From an uncultured Acidobacteriaceae bacterium (GTDB lineage: Bacteria > Acidobacteriota > Terriglobia > Terriglobales > Acidobacteriaceae): a stretch of 64,000 nucleotides of DNA. A program made the position numbers and the translations under genes. Below are positions 60,990 to 64,000 of this stretch, in pieces (the stretch's first letter is position 1; the number at the start of each line of letters is the position of its first letter). The stretch spans positions 178,160-242,159 of the forward strand of contig CAWBKM010000006.1 in the NCBI GenBank assembly GCA_963789425.1. The letters are read 5' to 3'. Under the pieces are notes generated by a model, which had not been told where the DNA came from, ran no database searches, and was given only the letters and a program-made list of their open reading frames with translations.

Positions 60990-61916
60990 ATGGCTTGTTC
61001 GCCAATGCAGCCCTTCCCGCACCAGAAGAAATCGCTTATGCTCCAAGGCAGCTGCCTGGGGTTGGCGATTGCGTTTCTGTGTGCGCTTGCCGTCCCGCGA
61101 GCAGGCGCGCAAGGCCCTCCCTATCAAACCGACGACCCTGTTCCAGTCGACCTGCACCATTACGAGTTCTACATCTTCGGCGGCGTCGACGGCACCACCG
61201 CGGAGATCGATTCCACCGGGCCGGCCTTCGAATTCAACTGGGGCGCACTGCCGCGATTGCAACTGCACGCGATCCTGCCGTGGGGCGTGATCGCGCCGTC
61301 AAACAACCCCATCTATCTGCCCGGCGGCGCAGGACCCGACGCCTTCGGCCTCACCGACATGGAACTCGGCGCCAAGGTTGCGTGGATCAAGGAGACGAAG
61401 TACTTTCCTCAAATCGGCAGCTTCACCATGTTTGAAATGCCCACCGGAAACTACGACAAGGGCCTCGGCGTGGGAAAGGTCTGGTACAAGCTGCCCATCT
61501 GGCTGCAAAAGAACGAAGGCAAATGGCTCTTTGACGGCGGCGGGGGTTACCAGGTGGTCCCGCAGACCGGCTATCGCAACTTTCCCTACACCGGCTGGCT
61601 GATCAAGCGCGAACTGAGTGAGCAGTGGGAACTTGGCGCCGAAGTTTTTGCGCACGGCGCCGAGGGCGTTGCAGCGGCGCAAACTCAATCCTCCACCATG
61701 ATCGATGTCGGAGGCTACTACCACTTCAAGCGCAACACCAACGAGCAGTTTCTGTTCTGCTATGGTCACTCGGTTGCCGGACAAACCGAGAATTACGCTT
61801 ACGTGGGAATGTATTGGACGTGGGGCAAGGACGCGAAGAGCGACGCGCCGGACAACAAGAAGGAGCCCGCAGCCGATCTGCTCTTCCCCGCGCCGCCACG
61901 CAGAAATGGGTTCTGA
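60990..61916 (+). CDS. Putative outer-membrane beta-barrel / transporter-like protein (start uncertain)
   Basis: Signal peptide ending AGA-Q; GPPYQTDDP; alternating aromatic strands; terminal YAYVGMYWTW strand. Confidence 0.7.
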   Translation: MACSPMQPFPHQKKSLMLQGSCLGLAIAFLCALAVPRAGAQGPPYQTDDPVPVDLHHYEFYIFGGVDGTTAEIDSTGPAFEFNWGALPRLQLHAILPWGVIAPSNNPIYLPGGAGPDAFGLTDMELGAKVAWIKETKYFPQIGSFTMFEMPTGNYDKGLGVGKVWYKLPIWLQKNEGKWLFDGGGGYQVVPQTGYRNFPYTGWLIKRELSEQWELGAEVFAHGAEGVAAAQTQSSTMIDVGGYYHFKRNTNEQFLFCYGHSVAGQTENYAYVGMYWTWGKDAKSDAPDNKKEPAADLLFPAPPRRNGF

Positions 61917-61959
61917 CACGACGCGTTTGCGACTTTCGCGCGCGGGAAGGATGGCTTAA

Positions 61960-62532
61960 ATGGAGATCACGGTACGCGGTCTCTGGACGATGATCCACGG
62001 AATGGGCTTCGGCGCGCTCTATCTCATGGCCTGTTCCGGCGCGCTGGTCGAGCTCTACCGCAGATACAGTTCGCCGCTTGGGCCGGAGATCAAGATTGAA
62101 GACGAGCGGTTCATGCGGATCTATCTAACAGCGATGGCCATGCTCGCATGGCTCACCGTGCTTACCGGCGCCTACATCATCTATCCCTGGTATCGCGCCG
62201 TTCCTCCGCCGGGAACCGCAAGCCCGGCCGAGTTTCCGCAACGCCTGCTGATGTCGAGCCCTTCAACCGTAGCATGGCATTCCATCGGCATGGAGTGGAA
62301 GGAACACGTGGCCTGGCTCGTGCCCATCTCCATCACCATGGCCGCGGCGGTCTTTTCTCGATATCGCCGTAGTCTCAGAATTCATCCTGAACTCCGCGCC
62401 GCTGTGCTTGGTTTTGTCTGGATCTCGCTTCTCGCCGCGGGCATTGCCGGCTTCTTCGGCGCCATGCTCAACAAGAACGCGCCAGTAGCGGGCGGCCCAA
62501 CGATCACCGTCATCCACGGGGGTCAAAAATGA
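61960..62532 (+). CDS. Uncharacterised 4-TM membrane protein
   Basis: Four hydrophobic segments; MIHGMG, YPWYRA, WHSIGMEWKEH. Confidence 0.8.
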   Translation: MEITVRGLWTMIHGMGFGALYLMACSGALVELYRRYSSPLGPEIKIEDERFMRIYLTAMAMLAWLTVLTGAYIIYPWYRAVPPPGTASPAEFPQRLLMSSPSTVAWHSIGMEWKEHVAWLVPISITMAAAVFSRYRRSLRIHPELRAAVLGFVWISLLAAGIAGFFGAMLNKNAPVAGGPTITVIHGGQK

Positions 62533-62876
62533 GCGCTCAAACCGCTGCCAGCGCTCCGAAGGCAAAGCTGAATCCGAACGGCGCGGGCGCGGCAGCAGTG
62601 CTTGCGGCCGGCATCGGCTCGCTCGCGGTCGCGGTCTTCGCTATCGTTGCCGACAAAGCCGCGCCGGTCAAAAGCCTGATGAACTTCTACAAGCCCACGG
62701 GCCCACTTTCAGGAGTGACAACCTGCGCGATCATTGTCTGGTTGGCCGCCTGGGCGCTGCTCCACAGGCGCTGGTCGCGGCGGAATGTCGAAGTGGGACG
62801 CGTCACCGTTGCGGCATTCATCCTGCTCTTCCTGAGCTTACTGCTTACATTTCCACCCATCGCCGACCTCTTCTAG
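62529..62876 (+). CDS. Uncharacterised 3-TM membrane protein
   Basis: ATGA overlap with the previous gene; GPLSG and TFPP motifs. Confidence 0.78.
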   Translation: MSAQTAASAPKAKLNPNGAGAAAVLAAGIGSLAVAVFAIVADKAAPVKSLMNFYKPTGPLSGVTTCAIIVWLAAWALLHRRWSRRNVEVGRVTVAAFILLFLSLLLTFPPIADLF

Positions 62877-62952
62877 CGGAATTGCCGCGCAAAGAACAAC
62901 GCCGGAACCAGCGTGCAGCTAGCCCCGGCGTTTGGTTGATCATGCGTTTGGT

Positions 62953-63999
62953 CTATTGCCAGGCTGCGGTTGCCGTGTCAGTCACTTGGAAACTGTCAAT
63001 GTGGCGCGCCAGCAGCACCAGGTTGCCGTTGGTGGAGTTCTTCAGCAACAATCCCACCACCCGAACCTTCACGCCGTTGCTCAGGTCGTTGAAGGCCGCG
63101 AAACCATAGCGGAAGTCGCAGGCCGGCCCCAGGTAGACCGTCACCGTCGTCGGGACAACCTGTCCCGCGAAGCCGGCGATCTGCATCTGGAATTGCCCTT
63201 GCGCTGAGCTCTGGCTGCCGGTCACAACTGTGCCCTCATAGCCCCAGTTCTCCAGGTGAATACGGTTGACCGTGATGGCCGTGCCAGTGGACGGAGCCGC
63301 TTCGGCATCCGTGCCGCCGACAACGATCTCCTGACCAGGGGTCAAGGCAGACGAGTTAAAGAGAAGCTGCGTGAATGCATTGTGCATCCAGTAAATGCCA
63401 TATTTCTCATTACCGGTGATGTTTACCTGCGCAAGGCCGCCGAGCGGAACGTCGGCCAGTGAAGACGGCTCGACCGCACGCACGTAGAAGTCGAGGTTGG
63501 TGGCCTGGCCTGATGTCGGCGTCACGTAGGTGACCAAACCTCTTGCGTAGAACTTGCTGTCGGTAACCAGTGCCACTTCATCGGCGTCCAGAGTCTGATC
63601 GGCTGGATCCAGTGATCCGGCGATCTCCACAACGCTGCTGGTATTCAGCGATGCCAAGCTGGCGCCGCCGTCCCATTCCGTGGTCGAGCTGGTATTGATG
63701 GTGAACTGTTCGCCGTGTGGACCCTGAATCGTAAATGAGCTCGGTTCAGTGCTGCTCGTTGGAGCAGTCACTACGGATCCGTAGAGTAAGTCAATGTGCG
63801 CACCCGCGTCGGTGCGCGTCACTGTTGAGACGTCAATCGTCGGAGTCACCGTGACGTCGCCGCTGGAGTTCAGCTCAATATTCCCGTTCGAATCCACGGG
63901 GATGGATTGGGCTAGATCAAAATCCATGCGGAGACCCACTGGCGGAGTGTTCGTGCCGATGGTCAGGGATTTCGGCAAATTGAACGTTACCGTGGACGT
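62953..63999 (-). CDS. Secreted beta-rich protein (DUF4382/DUF5666-like), 5' part outside the window
   Basis: Frame open to the window edge (TSTVTFNLPKSL...); MDFDLAQS, repeated OB-like units ending V.V.G. Confidence 0.6.
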   Translation of the reverse strand, partial: TSTVTFNLPKSLTIGTNTPPVGLRMDFDLAQSIPVDSNGNIELNSSGDVTVTPTIDVSTVTRTDAGAHIDLLYGSVVTAPTSSTEPSSFTIQGPHGEQFTINTSSTTEWDGGASLASLNTSSVVEIAGSLDPADQTLDADEVALVTDSKFYARGLVTYVTPTSGQATNLDFYVRAVEPSSLADVPLGGLAQVNITGNEKYGIYWMHNAFTQLLFNSSALTPGQEIVVGGTDAEAAPSTGTAITVNRIHLENWGYEGTVVTGSQSSAQGQFQMQIAGFAGQVVPTTVTVYLGPACDFRYGFAAFNDLSNGVKVRVVGLLLKNSTNGNLVLLARHIDSFQVTDTATAAWQ

Positions 64000-64000
64000 C

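Overview
This looks like chromosomal DNA from an Acidobacteriota (Terriglobia/Acidobacteriaceae-like) genome; the assignment is inferred from gene content and repeat style. Housekeeping and metabolic genes include a partial hsp20, clpB, mutS2, prpBCD, a very long PFOR, recA, coaD, a TonB receptor with a PiuC-type hydroxylase, manC, galM, ugd/uxs, efp, a class V aminotransferase with serA, and tRNA-Val(CAC). Interspersed are three toxin-antitoxin-like pairs, an ECF sigma/anti-sigma locus, a frameshifted giant surface lipoprotein, a serpin and many REP/MITE-like palindromes and short tandem arrays. I found no integrase, transposase, prophage or CRISPR array. Best candidate for an undescribed system: the serine-biosynthesis operon at 54.0-57.3 kb. 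There an XRE-type helix-turn-helix is fused in frame to a complete SerA that keeps its own internal RBS and ATG. A palindromic candidate operator precedes the operon, and inverted heptamer arrays place an anti-SD over the upstream stop codon. Second candidate: a PadR-controlled three-gene envelope operon (beta-barrel plus two uncharacterised membrane proteins with His/Met/Glu motifs) with a perfect palindrome in its promoter spacer. Also notable are a non-canonical PIN antitoxin, a HEPN pair with a non-MNT partner, a 19-bp-periodic TGATG array and a promoter-driven structured RNA candidate. All protein calls come from motif recognition by eye; no database search was run.
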